NCBI GenBank assembly: GCA_030753015.1
Contig: JASMDC010000018.1
Span: 1-64,000, forward strand
Source: Candidatus Undinarchaeales archaeon
GTDB taxonomy: Archaea; SpSt-1190; JASMDC01
Direction of reading: 5' to 3'
DNA length: 64,000 nt
The position numbers were made by a program, and so were the translations under genes. Below, piece after piece: positions 28,284-38,076 of this stretch; the stretch's first letter is position 1, and each line of letters starts with the position of its first letter. The notes under the pieces are model-generated. The model was not told the origin of the DNA, ran no database searches, and was given only the letters and a program-made list of their open reading frames with translations.

Positions 28284-30968
28284 ATGTTTGTGTTCATATC
28301 GTCGTACGTGGGAGCATTCGACCGGTTGAACGACCTGCAAATCTCCTCCAAGCTCTTCCTCCTAATCCTCGTGCTCTCAGTGATCCCCCTGATCATTGTC
28401 GGCTACATAGCCGTGTGGAACGCCCGGGGCATCGCCATGAACGCAGTGGAAGGCTCTACCAAAATGGGGGAGCGGGACCTGGCCGCTGCCAAGGAGCTGG
28501 GTCGCGCTGCGGTGAACGATAGTGTCGAGGCACTGGACGCGAAGGCCATCGAGGCTCTCGAGATGCGTGCCGTCGAGCTCGCGCGGAGCATCGCCAACTT
28601 CCTCTACGAGCGCGACGGCGACATCCTGGGCGCCCGGTCTCTAGACAGGAGACCGGAGACCTACCGTGCGTTCCTGCTGTCGAAGCGACATATCGTGAAT
28701 CTGGGCCACCAGCGACAGGAGGTACCCCTCTACTCCGAGATGACCTTCATCGACCTTACCGGTCGCGAGATAATAAGGGTGCACAAGGACGACATCCAGG
28801 TGGTCCTGCGCAACGTGGCTAATACCGCTGACACCTACCTCGGCGTCGAGGACTACTTCGAGCATGCAAAGGTGCTGGGTGAAGACGAGATTCACGTCTC
28901 TCATCTTGTGGGACAACGCATTGATCCGTACCGTGCGTACAGGGGAGTCGAGCGTCCGAACGGGGACCGGTTCGACGGCATCATCCGGTGGGTGACCCCG
29001 GTATACGAGGATGATGAGAAGGTGGGCTATGTGACCCTGGCCCTCAACCACACCCACCTTATCGAGTTCATCGAGCACGTCGTGCCCACCACAAAGAGAT
29101 TCATCGACATCCCTGATCCGGGAGCTGGCAGCTTTGTCCTCATGTGGGACGACCAGTGGCATAATATCGTCAATCCCCGTCACGACCGCATCTGGGGATA
29201 CACCAAGGAGGGTATCGAGGGTCAGGAATGGGCCAACACGACGATCGAGGGCCTCTTGAGCTACCCGACGAACTGCGAGGTCCTGGGCACCCACCTACCC
29301 TCCTGCTCGCAATGGAGGCCCGAGAACGCTGATGCCGGTCTGGTATCCTTCACGTTCATGTGGATAGGGGAGGACCTGGTGACCACGTTCGCCACCATCC
29401 CGTACTTCTCCGGGCCTTACTCGGCCCCTCAGGGATTCGGCACTCTTACCATGATCTCGGACAGCGCGTCATTCCACGCGGCTGCGGAACGGACCCGATG
29501 GATGATTGACGAGACCACACGGAGACAGAGCGAGCGGATCCGCGAGACGGTCGAGCTCACCATCGATACGATCGACCAGCGTGCCCGGGTCACTACCGTG
29601 CTCCTCGTGTTCGTCGCCATCGCCTCGGCCTTGCTTGTGGCCACCGTGGGCGCCGGGATGTCGATAACACTCACCGAGCCACTCATGACGCTGACCGACA
29701 GCGCCGAGCGCATCTCGGACGGCGACCTCGAGCTCGAGCTCGACGTGCAGCGGGGCGACGAGATAGGCCAGCTTGGCAGGGCCTTCAGCCGGATGTCACA
29801 GGAACTGCGCAAGACGTTGGATAACCTGCGCACGGCCAACCTCGAGCTCAAGGAGCTGGATCAGCTCAAGTCGCAGTTCGTGTCCGTCGCGTCCCACGAG
29901 CTGCGGACACCCATCATCTCCATCCGTGGTTACATCGAGCTGGTCAGGGAGGGTGAGGGCGGGCCCGTCACCGACGAGCAAGAGAACATGCTCGCAGTGG
30001 CCTCACGTAACACGGAACGGCTGCTCACCATCATCAACGACCTGCTGGACATATCCCGCATCGAGGCCGGTGCCCTGCACCTGGATATGGTGTCCGTTGA
30101 CATCAACCGTCTTGTCCGGGACACCCTCGAGGAGATCCGGCCGCTGGCGGACCGACACGGCCACACGATGAAGCTCGAACTGGATAGCAGCATCCCAGAG
30201 GTTGAGGGGGATCCTGACCGGCTGGCCCAGATCGTCACGAATCTGCTCAGCAACGCTATCAAGTACACACCGGACAAGGGCAGGATCGTCGTCCGTACTG
30301 AACGCGGGGATACGGACGGGATTCATCTGAAGGTGGAGGACGACGGGATTGGTATCCCCTCCGGAGACCTCCCGCATATATGGGAGCGGTTCTATCGGGG
30401 CCAGCATGCTTCTGGCCACCATCGTCCCCGGAGCATGGACTTCAGAACAGGAGGGACCGGGCTCGGGCTCCCCATCGTGAAGGGTATCGTGGAGGAGCAT
30501 GGAGGGAAGGTTCGGGTTGAGAGCGAGGAGGGTGCCGGGAGCACGTTCCATGTCAATCTTCCTACCGAGACCGCGATGATAGCAGCGACTGGGCACAGTT
30601 CGCGTAATAGGAATCCCATGGTGCTCGTCATCGACGATGATGAGGAATTTTGCGACCAGATCGAGCTGGTCCTTCGCAAGGACTTCAAGGTGGTCAAAGC
30701 GACGAGCGGCAAGGAGGGAGTGGATATGGCCGGCAAGCACCGTCCCGACCTAATCCTCCTCGACATCCTCATGTCAGGGCTCGACGGGTACGAGGTGTGC
30801 CGTGCGCTGAAGGAGAGCGACGACACTAAGAACATCCCCGTCATCATCCTTTCCTCGATGGACCGGGAGGACGTGTGGGCGCGTGCCGAGGACGCCGGGG
30901 CTGACGATTTCATATCGAAGACGTTCAAGCGGAAAGAGCTGCTGGAAAAGGTGCGTTCGCGCCTGTGA
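28284..30968 (+). CDS. Hybrid sensor histidine kinase (TM-extracellular sensor-TM-HAMP-HisKA-HATPase-REC)
   Basis: SHELRTP H-box, NLLSNAIKYT N-box, DDGIGI, GGTGLGL and a receiver domain (VIDDD...LLDILM). Confidence 0.95.
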   Translation: MFVFISSYVGAFDRLNDLQISSKLFLLILVLSVIPLIIVGYIAVWNARGIAMNAVEGSTKMGERDLAAAKELGRAAVNDSVEALDAKAIEALEMRAVELARSIANFLYERDGDILGARSLDRRPETYRAFLLSKRHIVNLGHQRQEVPLYSEMTFIDLTGREIIRVHKDDIQVVLRNVANTADTYLGVEDYFEHAKVLGEDEIHVSHLVGQRIDPYRAYRGVERPNGDRFDGIIRWVTPVYEDDEKVGYVTLALNHTHLIEFIEHVVPTTKRFIDIPDPGAGSFVLMWDDQWHNIVNPRHDRIWGYTKEGIEGQEWANTTIEGLLSYPTNCEVLGTHLPSCSQWRPENADAGLVSFTFMWIGEDLVTTFATIPYFSGPYSAPQGFGTLTMISDSASFHAAAERTRWMIDETTRRQSERIRETVELTIDTIDQRARVTTVLLVFVAIASALLVATVGAGMSITLTEPLMTLTDSAERISDGDLELELDVQRGDEIGQLGRAFSRMSQELRKTLDNLRTANLELKELDQLKSQFVSVASHELRTPIISIRGYIELVREGEGGPVTDEQENMLAVASRNTERLLTIINDLLDISRIEAGALHLDMVSVDINRLVRDTLEEIRPLADRHGHTMKLELDSSIPEVEGDPDRLAQIVTNLLSNAIKYTPDKGRIVVRTERGDTDGIHLKVEDDGIGIPSGDLPHIWERFYRGQHASGHHRPRSMDFRTGGTGLGLPIVKGIVEEHGGKVRVESEEGAGSTFHVNLPTETAMIAATGHSSRNRNPMVLVIDDDEEFCDQIELVLRKDFKVVKATSGKEGVDMAGKHRPDLILLDILMSGLDGYEVCRALKESDDTKNIPVIILSSMDREDVWARAEDAGADDFISKTFKRKELLEKVRSRL

Positions 30969-30980
30969 GATAGGAGGACA

Positions 30981-32534
30981 ATGATCATGGCCAAGGACAG
31001 TGCAAAGGATGAAGGCGCGGGGCTGACGGTCCTTGTGGTGGACGATGAACCGGACACCGTGGACTACATTACCCTGCTCCTCACCACGCGCGGGTACGCG
31101 GTGCTCCCTGCCAACTCCGGCGAGGACGCTCTCGCCACACTCGACAAGCACGACGAGGTCGACCTCGTGCTCCTTGACCTGCGCATGCCCGGCCTATCCG
31201 GTGCCGACGTCCTCATGACGATCCGGGCCGACGAGCGGACCGCGACCCTTCCCGTGGTCATACTCAGCGTCAACACAGAGACAAAGGACAAGGTCAATGC
31301 CCTCGGGCTGGGCGCGGACGACTACATCGAGAAGCCCTTCAGGAAGGAGGAGCTGTTCGCCCGCATCCGTTCCCACATCCACCGCAAGACACTTCGCGAG
31401 GAGCTGGAGGAGCTGAACCGGACCCTCGACCGCAAGGTGATGCAGCGGACCATGGAGCTCTTCCTCGAAAAGGAGTTCAGCGAGTGTCTCATCGAGAACG
31501 CCTCGGACATAATCTGTGTACTGGACCGCGAGGGGAAGCTCGTCAGGGTGAACCGGGCGGCAGAAAGGCTTTTCGGTCACGGGAAAGAGGAACTGCTCGG
31601 CCAGGCGCTCATCAGCTATGTAGTCCCCGAACACGTCCCTATCCTCACCGAGAACCGCACCCAGCGACTGCGGGGAGCGGACATCTCACCATACGACGTT
31701 GACGTGGTGGCCGGCGACGACTCGCGTCGTACAATCGAGATAGGAACGAGCCTGGTCAAGGACGAGAGCGGTGAGTTCGTGGAGTTCATGATCGCACGGG
31801 ACATCACCGAGCGCAAGCGTGCTGAGGAGGAAATGCGCCGGCGGCTGATGCGGTTCCGTCTCAAGGAAGGAACCCTCTACCTCGTGGATGAGCACGGCCC
31901 GGGGCTCGCCCTCGAGGCGTTCAGGGACCTGCTCCGTGCTGGCTATCGTGCGCTTGCCATCACCCGTACGCCCGGAGAAGAGTTCCGGAAGGATACCGGA
32001 GGAGAGTATGAGCTCGAATGGCTCGCGGAGCAAGAGGGTCCGGACGCCCTTCCCCCCGAGCTCGGGATGGTCGAGAACCGCATCAAAGGGCTATCGCGAC
32101 GGACTGCCGTGCTAATCGAACGGCTCGATTATCTCCTGTTCAAGAACGGCTTCGAAGCGACCCTTTCCTTCGTCCAACGCCTTCGAGAGATCGCGTACGT
32201 CCACGGCCACGTGGTGGTCCTCGCACTGGACCCGGCCGCGGTGACGCCCGACCAGCGCAACCTCCTCGAGAACGAGACGGGAATGATCGAGACACAACAA
32301 GGAGTGCGGCTCCCCGAGGATCTCATGGTGATACTACGGTTCGTCCACCGGCAGAACCTTATAGGCGTCAAGCCCCCCCTCTCGGAGATCGGCCACGAGT
32401 TCGGGATGAGCCGACCAACGGTGCGGCGGAAGGTCAAGCAGCTCCTGGCAGGGGAGTACGTGCTGGCACACCAGAAGGGGCGATCCAAGGTGCTCGAGCT
32501 GGCGCCGCGGGGCCGACGTCTGTTCGAGCGGTGA
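30981..32534 (+). CDS. Response regulator REC-PAS-DUF835(KaiC-like)-winged HTH
   Basis: VVDDE/LLDLRMP/KPF receiver, PAS ending in RDITERK, LIERLDYLLFKNGFEATLSFV (DUF835-like) and a C-terminal LSEIGHEFGMSRPTVRRKVKQL...GRSK wing. Confidence 0.9.
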   Translation: MIMAKDSAKDEGAGLTVLVVDDEPDTVDYITLLLTTRGYAVLPANSGEDALATLDKHDEVDLVLLDLRMPGLSGADVLMTIRADERTATLPVVILSVNTETKDKVNALGLGADDYIEKPFRKEELFARIRSHIHRKTLREELEELNRTLDRKVMQRTMELFLEKEFSECLIENASDIICVLDREGKLVRVNRAAERLFGHGKEELLGQALISYVVPEHVPILTENRTQRLRGADISPYDVDVVAGDDSRRTIEIGTSLVKDESGEFVEFMIARDITERKRAEEEMRRRLMRFRLKEGTLYLVDEHGPGLALEAFRDLLRAGYRALAITRTPGEEFRKDTGGEYELEWLAEQEGPDALPPELGMVENRIKGLSRRTAVLIERLDYLLFKNGFEATLSFVQRLREIAYVHGHVVVLALDPAAVTPDQRNLLENETGMIETQQGVRLPEDLMVILRFVHRQNLIGVKPPLSEIGHEFGMSRPTVRRKVKQLLAGEYVLAHQKGRSKVLELAPRGRRLFER

Positions 32535-32563
32535 GCCTTGTAGAGCGACTGCTACCATCAGTC

Positions 32564-32592
32564 GTCCCATGTTGTTCCATGTTCCGTTCCAT
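32564..32592 (-). promoter_or_regulatory. Second ATGGAAC triple box (inverted), next to TTATAA
   Basis: Reverse complement reads ATGGAAC-GGAAC-ATGGAAC-AAC-ATGGGAC. Confidence 0.55.
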
Positions 32593-32612
32593 GTACTTAT
32601 AACTGGGGAACG

Positions 32613-33239
32613 GTGTCCTTCGGATTGGGAGCGAGAACGGTCAAGAAACGCGAGCGTCTCATCACAGTGACCCAGGATTGGAGGTCGGTCCTCCATCAAG
32701 ACACCACCCCCTCGGCGGCGGCCGTCAGACAGGTCGCCACGTCCGTGCTCACCCTCGTCCGTGGACGGGAGCCGGGCGCCCGCGCCGAGCTCTTTTACAG
32801 ACTTCTTGCACTCTTGGCCACATGCGGTTACCGTGTGTACTACCTCTCCTGCGACAAGGGTCGGGAGGAGGTCATCGAGCGATGCGCGAGGTACGGTCTG
32901 CGTCCGTCGTCCGTGAACGTGCTCGAGCTAGGGAGGGACTGGACCGTTCCTTCCTTCGAGCGCGATCCCTCCCATATCAAGGACCGCATCGCCTTCATAC
33001 AGAACGCCCATCAAGGATTCTCCCAGGACGAGCCCCTCATCTTCGCTGGGGACGTTGTCACGCATCTGACCACGCATTACGGTGTCGCGCGGACAACCGA
33101 TTTCCTGCGTGATATCGTCTCGGACGCCAGGAGTTCGACCACGCGGTTCGTCTTCCCCATCGATGGAAGACATCCGGGGACCGAGGACCTGCTTCCGACC
33201 GCGGACCTAGTGCTTGAGCTCGACGGCACTGACCGTTGA
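32613..33239 (+). CDS. Probable inactive KaiC/RecA-like domain protein
   Basis: LVRGREPG degenerate Walker A position, VYYLS strand and ADLVLEL terminal strand. Confidence 0.55.
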   Translation: MSFGLGARTVKKRERLITVTQDWRSVLHQDTTPSAAAVRQVATSVLTLVRGREPGARAELFYRLLALLATCGYRVYYLSCDKGREEVIERCARYGLRPSSVNVLELGRDWTVPSFERDPSHIKDRIAFIQNAHQGFSQDEPLIFAGDVVTHLTTHYGVARTTDFLRDIVSDARSSTTRFVFPIDGRHPGTEDLLPTADLVLELDGTDR

Positions 33240-33298
33240 TGACGCTCACCGAAGCGCTCAAGGGAAATGCTTAAGAGGGCGCTTGATAGCATACGGGT

Positions 33299-34297
33299 GT
33301 GACGATGGAGGAACCATCCGTTGGAGGACGTATCGGGAGGCGCAGGTTCCTCAGATGGGGCCTGGGCCTCGGCGTTGTGGCCTTGGCCGCATACCGCTTC
33401 CTCCCCGTGAAGAGATTGGTGATCGCGTCCACACCCGGTACTCCGAGGAAGCGGATCGCACCCCCGCCATCGGCCCCACCTGTTCCCTCTGTCGCACCTA
33501 CGGGGTCCTCTGAGATCCCTGTCCAGCTCTGCTCGGTACGGGGTGGCACGGTGGCCGACAGGGTACGGACCGCTTTCGAGAACATCGGCCTTGATTCCCG
33601 CGTCACGAAGGGAACGAAGGTGGTCCTCAAGGTCAACCTGCTTCAAGCCTCCAAGAAGGCATGCAATGTCCCGGAGTTCGTGGGAGCGCTCGCCAAGGAG
33701 TTCCTCGACCGTGGTGCCGAGGTCCTGGTGGCCGACTCCTCGTCAGGGGGCTCCACCCGGCAGGCAGCGGAACACACAGGGCTCCTCAAAGTATGCGACG
33801 AGGTCGGTGTCCCCTTCAAGGTGCTCGAAGATTCTGAGCGTGTTGCGGTGGACGTCCCGAACAGCTTGCGGCTCAGCTCGGTGAACGTCGCCAAGGAGGT
33901 AATGGACGCCGACCTTCTGGTCTCCGTTCCCAAGCTCAAGCTCCATGGCCAGTCCATCATCACCCTTGGCATGAAGAACATGATGGGGACCATCCACCGC
34001 TTCGAGATGAAGGACTTCCATATGGACATCCAATCGAGCGTCGCGGACCTCATGCGCGTAGTGCCGCCGGACGTCGTGTTCATTGACGGTACGGAGGCCA
34101 TGGTGACCGGGGGCCCCATGAACGGGCGCATGGAGCAGCGGGACCTCGTCATCGCGGGCTACGATGTGGTGGCGGTGGATGCGGCAGGCTCCCGCGAGCT
34201 CGATATAGATCCCATGGGTGTGGGTTACATCGTGAACGCGCAGAATGCGGGCATAGGCTCCATGGAGCCCGCGTCGTCACGGGACATCAAGCTGTGA
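33299..34297 (+). CDS. DUF362 domain protein with twin-arginine signal
   Basis: RRRFL Tat motif; VVLKVNL, VSVPKLKLH, TLGMKNMMG and DVVAVD. Confidence 0.88.
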   Translation: MTMEEPSVGGRIGRRRFLRWGLGLGVVALAAYRFLPVKRLVIASTPGTPRKRIAPPPSAPPVPSVAPTGSSEIPVQLCSVRGGTVADRVRTAFENIGLDSRVTKGTKVVLKVNLLQASKKACNVPEFVGALAKEFLDRGAEVLVADSSSGGSTRQAAEHTGLLKVCDEVGVPFKVLEDSERVAVDVPNSLRLSSVNVAKEVMDADLLVSVPKLKLHGQSIITLGMKNMMGTIHRFEMKDFHMDIQSSVADLMRVVPPDVVFIDGTEAMVTGGPMNGRMEQRDLVIAGYDVVAVDAAGSRELDIDPMGVGYIVNAQNAGIGSMEPASSRDIKL

Positions 34298-34309
34298 AGG
34301 CCGGCCCTG

Positions 34310-35020
34310 CTACTCCCCCTTCTCCTTCCGTTTCTTTTTCATCTCCTCCTTGAAAGGATTGTACCCCAGTTGGGGGATGGGCTGGATCACACCGGACGCG
34401 ACGTTACGCAGGTGGGCGGAGATACGACGGAGGTTGTTGGTGAGCAGAGCGTATATGATTGCCTTACGAGCGTCGATCTCCGTGTCCTCGGTGAGACGAC
34501 GGGCGAGGTCGGCGTGTTTGCGCTTGGTGCCCTCCTCATGCATCCCCATCACGGTCTTGGCCTTCTTCTCGTTGTCCTCCTGTAACGACTCCTTGGTGAG
34601 ATCGAACATCTTGATAATCCGGCCGTACATGGCGATGACATCCTTGCGGTACTGGTCGTCGTCGAGGATTGTGGGGTAGAGGAGCTTGAGCTGAGCGATG
34701 TTCTTGCAGTAGTCGCCTATACGTTCGTAATCGATGACGATGGATATCAGGTAGAGAGAGCCGGAGAGGTCGGGGGAAGCGTTGAAGGCCAGGTACTTGA
34801 GCACTTTGGTGCGCACTCCCACTTCCAGCCGGTTGATGAGCTTGTCCTCGCCACATATCCTCTCAGCGATGTTGCACTTATCGTCCAGCAGGCATTTGAA
34901 CGAGTCGCGAAACATGGACTTGCTCTGCTCGTTCATCTCCTCGATCTCGTCGAAGGCGTCGTCGAGGATGCTGCCGCGCGTCAGTGCGTCGTATATCTCC
35001 TTGAATGCCATCAGTATCAC
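34310..35020 (-). CDS. phoU: PhoU-domain phosphate uptake regulator
   Basis: D..INRLE...R, DYERIGDYCKNI and a second repeat LRRISAH; lies in a phosphate transport cluster. Confidence 0.85.
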   Translation of the reverse strand: MILMAFKEIYDALTRGSILDDAFDEIEEMNEQSKSMFRDSFKCLLDDKCNIAERICGEDKLINRLEVGVRTKVLKYLAFNASPDLSGSLYLISIVIDYERIGDYCKNIAQLKLLYPTILDDDQYRKDVIAMYGRIIKMFDLTKESLQEDNEKKAKTVMGMHEEGTKRKHADLARRLTEDTEIDARKAIIYALLTNNLRRISAHLRNVASGVIQPIPQLGYNPFKEEMKKKRKEKGE

Positions 35021-36084
35021 CGTATCATGAATATCACTATCCCGGGTACTATGTAGAACGCGAAGATCATGTAGGCCAGCGCCAGCTTGCGCTGCTCGGA
35101 CACCACCTCGGCAAGCCGCCGCGCCAAGCCGATAGGCACCTGCCTGAGTGGGTACCAGATGACGATACCGAATATGTTGAAGAGCAGGTGCGCGGAAGCA
35201 GCCGTGACCGCGAGCTCGTTCTTGGTGACCAGCGCGGCCAGGAAGGCGGTGATGGTGGTGCCGATGTTGGCGCCCAGTGTGTAGGGGAATATCATCTCCA
35301 GTGTGACGAGGCCGGCGCCGGCCAGTGGGATGACCAGGGACGTCGTGATGGAGGAGGACTGCACCGCGGCGGTGACCACTACCCCCAGAATGAACGAGAT
35401 GAAGGCCGTGCGGAACAGAAAGCGGTCCAGTAGCAGCTGCATGCGGTCCATCACTAGCGAGCGCATGCAGTTCACGATGGCCTTGAGGGCGAGGAATAGC
35501 GTGACCATGGCGAGGACCAGGATGAGCCAGAGCGGGAGGTTGTGCTTGAGCACGGCGATCACCGGCTTGATTATGTAGTCCAGCGGGCTCACCAGTTTGA
35601 GCCCACCCATGGACGCGAAGGTGCCGGCGAGCACCCGGGCCGAGGACTCGATGGGGTGGTACATGATCTCGATCGGTAGGAGCACAGCGGCGGCGAGGAT
35701 GTTGAAGAAGTCGTGTACGGTGGCGGCGGAGAAGGCCTTCTCGAAGTCCCTGCGGGAGGAGACGTGGCCCAGGGAGACGATTGTGTTGGTGATGGAGGTG
35801 CCCATGTTGGCGCCCATGATGATGGGGATGGCACAGGAGAGCGTCAGGAGCCCTCCGTCCACCATGAGCACGACGAGCGACGTCGTCGCCGACGAGGACT
35901 GGATGAGGGCGGTGGCGACCACGCCCACGAAGAAGGCCGCCAGTGGATCGGTGGTGGAGGCGATGATCTGCTCCGAGTAGTCGGCGCCCACGGCCTTGAA
36001 CACGGCGCCGATGGCGCTGATGCTTAGGATGAACGCGTACAACGCCAGGAGCAGGGTGGCGAGCTTGAGATGCTCCTCCTTCAC
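35017..36084 (-). CDS. Na+/Pi cotransporter (NptA/SLC34 family)
   Basis: Two QSSS repeats, GANMGTSITN and GANIGTT. Confidence 0.93.
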   Translation of the reverse strand: MKEEHLKLATLLLALYAFILSISAIGAVFKAVGADYSEQIIASTTDPLAAFFVGVVATALIQSSSATTSLVVLMVDGGLLTLSCAIPIIMGANMGTSITNTIVSLGHVSSRRDFEKAFSAATVHDFFNILAAAVLLPIEIMYHPIESSARVLAGTFASMGGLKLVSPLDYIIKPVIAVLKHNLPLWLILVLAMVTLFLALKAIVNCMRSLVMDRMQLLLDRFLFRTAFISFILGVVVTAAVQSSSITTSLVIPLAGAGLVTLEMIFPYTLGANIGTTITAFLAALVTKNELAVTAASAHLLFNIFGIVIWYPLRQVPIGLARRLAEVVSEQRKLALAYMIFAFYIVPGIVIFMIR

Positions 36085-36144
36085 GTTAAGGGTGGAAGTG
36101 CAGTAGTGTTTTAAGCCTAACGCCGGGGCCCTGCGTTCACGCGC

Positions 36145-37332
36145 TCATGCCGGCAGCACTTGGCGCAGTATGTAGTAGAACGCGATGGACAGCACAGCCC
36201 CCGAGATGGGCGTGGCCAGCCAACCGAGCATGATGTTCCGGATGGTGCGGAGGTTCACCGTTCGCGTCCCCTTGGTGAGCCCCACACCGATGACGCCGCC
36301 CACGATCGCCTGGGTCGTTGACACGGGGATGCCCTGCTGGATGAAGACGTACACCGTGATGGCCGACGCGAACTGCGCCCCCAGCGCCGACACGGGGCCC
36401 AGGGTGGTGATCCCGCCGCCCATGGTCTCCACCACACCGCGGCCGAACATAATGGCGCCGAGGCCGAGGCATACGCCCCCGAGAAGCGCTCCCACCATGG
36501 TTGGAAGGACGTGCAGGTCGATGTAGACGTGGCCCGATTCGACCGACGACCACCCGCCCTTCAGTGCGTACTCGTTGAGCACATTCGACCCGACCAGCGG
36601 TCCCATGGCGTTGGCCACGTCGTTGGCGCCGAGGTTGTAGGCCACCGCCATCGCCGCCACTAGGGTGAGGACCTTTACCAGGGCACTGGTCGTCGCCCTG
36701 CTGCCGGACCGTGCCAGAATCCGGTTGAAAAAGTGGTAGAGGACGTAGGCCAGCACCATGGAACACAGAGGGGAGAGCACCCAGCTCACCAGCATAGTCT
36801 TCAGGATGGCGTAGTTGATGGGCGCGGGCATCCCGCCGAAGAGGTTGAGTCCGATGCCCGCACCAGCCACCGCACCGATGAGCGCCTGGGTGGTGGAAGT
36901 GGGGATTTTAAGAGCGGTGATAGCGAGCATGAATACACCCGCTGCCAGGAACGCGGCGAGCACGGCGCGCCGGTCCTTCTCCAGGTAGATGATCTTCTGG
37001 CCGTTGACATGGCTGCGGCACTCGCCTGTTGTGACTTTCGCGTTCGGTGGGCTGGTGATGGCGCAGGTGTACTCCGCGTTGATGGCACGACACGGTTCGT
37101 CCGTCTCGCACTCGACGGCGGGGACGATACCCTTGCCCACGGTCTTCATGACCTTGTAGCCCTCCAGTGTGGCGCCCAGAAGGGCGAACACCACGACGAT
37201 GATGACAGCCTTGTGGAACGGCAGGATGCCGCCGCCCACGGTAGTACCGATGGCGTTGGACGCGTCGTTGGCGCCAATGTTCCACGCGACCAGCAGGCAC
37301 GCGCCGATGATGAGGATGGACAGGGGGTCCAT
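36145..37332 (-). CDS. pit: Inorganic phosphate transporter, PiT family
   Basis: GANDASNAIG and GANDVANAMG signatures; PTSTTQ and PVSTTQ. Confidence 0.93.
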   Translation of the reverse strand: MDPLSILIIGACLLVAWNIGANDASNAIGTTVGGGILPFHKAVIIVVVFALLGATLEGYKVMKTVGKGIVPAVECETDEPCRAINAEYTCAITSPPNAKVTTGECRSHVNGQKIIYLEKDRRAVLAAFLAAGVFMLAITALKIPTSTTQALIGAVAGAGIGLNLFGGMPAPINYAILKTMLVSWVLSPLCSMVLAYVLYHFFNRILARSGSRATTSALVKVLTLVAAMAVAYNLGANDVANAMGPLVGSNVLNEYALKGGWSSVESGHVYIDLHVLPTMVGALLGGVCLGLGAIMFGRGVVETMGGGITTLGPVSALGAQFASAITVYVFIQQGIPVSTTQAIVGGVIGVGLTKGTRTVNLRTIRNIMLGWLATPISGAVLSIAFYYILRQVLPA

Positions 37333-37341
37333 GATCCCACT

Positions 37342-38016
37342 CTAGGCGGTGCCGGTGATCAGCATGATGTTGAGAACGTCCGAGGCGTTCTCAGCGGCGT
37401 CGGTGAGCCCCGCAGTGGCGTCGGCGATGCCTGCCACCAGGAAGAGCAGGATAGGGTCATTGATCTCATACAGCTTCTCGTACAGCTCCCCCTTGAGTTG
37501 GTCGGCCTGAGCCTCCCGGTCGGCGATCTGCTTGAGGACACGTTTAGTGTCCTCGGGTCTCTCCTGGAGGGCGTCGTAGGCGAAGAGCAGGAGCTCGGTG
37601 GCGTCGATGCCGAGATCGGTCATGCGCTTGAGGTGCTTTGCGATGGACGGATCGCACTTCATATCCAGCATGTGCATCGAGATGCTCGCTGCGTCCTTGG
37701 ACTCGTCCACGATGTCGTCCACCCGCTCCACGAGGTCGATGATGCGGCTGCGTGACAGAGGGAGGAAGGCTCCCGAGTAGAGGAGTTCCTCGATGCTGTG
37801 GACGAAAGTGTCCGCGTCATTTTCCTGCTTTCGGATCTCCGCAAGCTTCGCCCGGGCCAGCTCCTTGTCGCACTCGCCAACGGCGTCGAAGAACTCGCCC
37901 AGTGCCACAACGCTCTTGTTGGCTTTCACCATGTGCTTTCGGATGAGCTCGAGCACCTGGTTCTCCTTGTCCCTCCCGAAGAAGGGAATGCCGTCGAGGA
38001 ATCCCATGATAATCAC
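37342..38016 (-). CDS. DUF47/TIGR00153 PhoU-like Pit accessory protein
   Basis: ENDAD, GAFLP..R and E..AD repeats; directly upstream of pit. Confidence 0.9.
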   Translation of the reverse strand: MIIMGFLDGIPFFGRDKENQVLELIRKHMVKANKSVVALGEFFDAVGECDKELARAKLAEIRKQENDADTFVHSIEELLYSGAFLPLSRSRIIDLVERVDDIVDESKDAASISMHMLDMKCDPSIAKHLKRMTDLGIDATELLLFAYDALQERPEDTKRVLKQIADREAQADQLKGELYEKLYEINDPILLFLVAGIADATAGLTDAAENASDVLNIMLITGTA

Positions 38017-38076
38017 TCTTACTTAAGGACTAGGACATGCCACTTTTAAAACGCTTGTGCTCGCGTCCAGCCGGTC

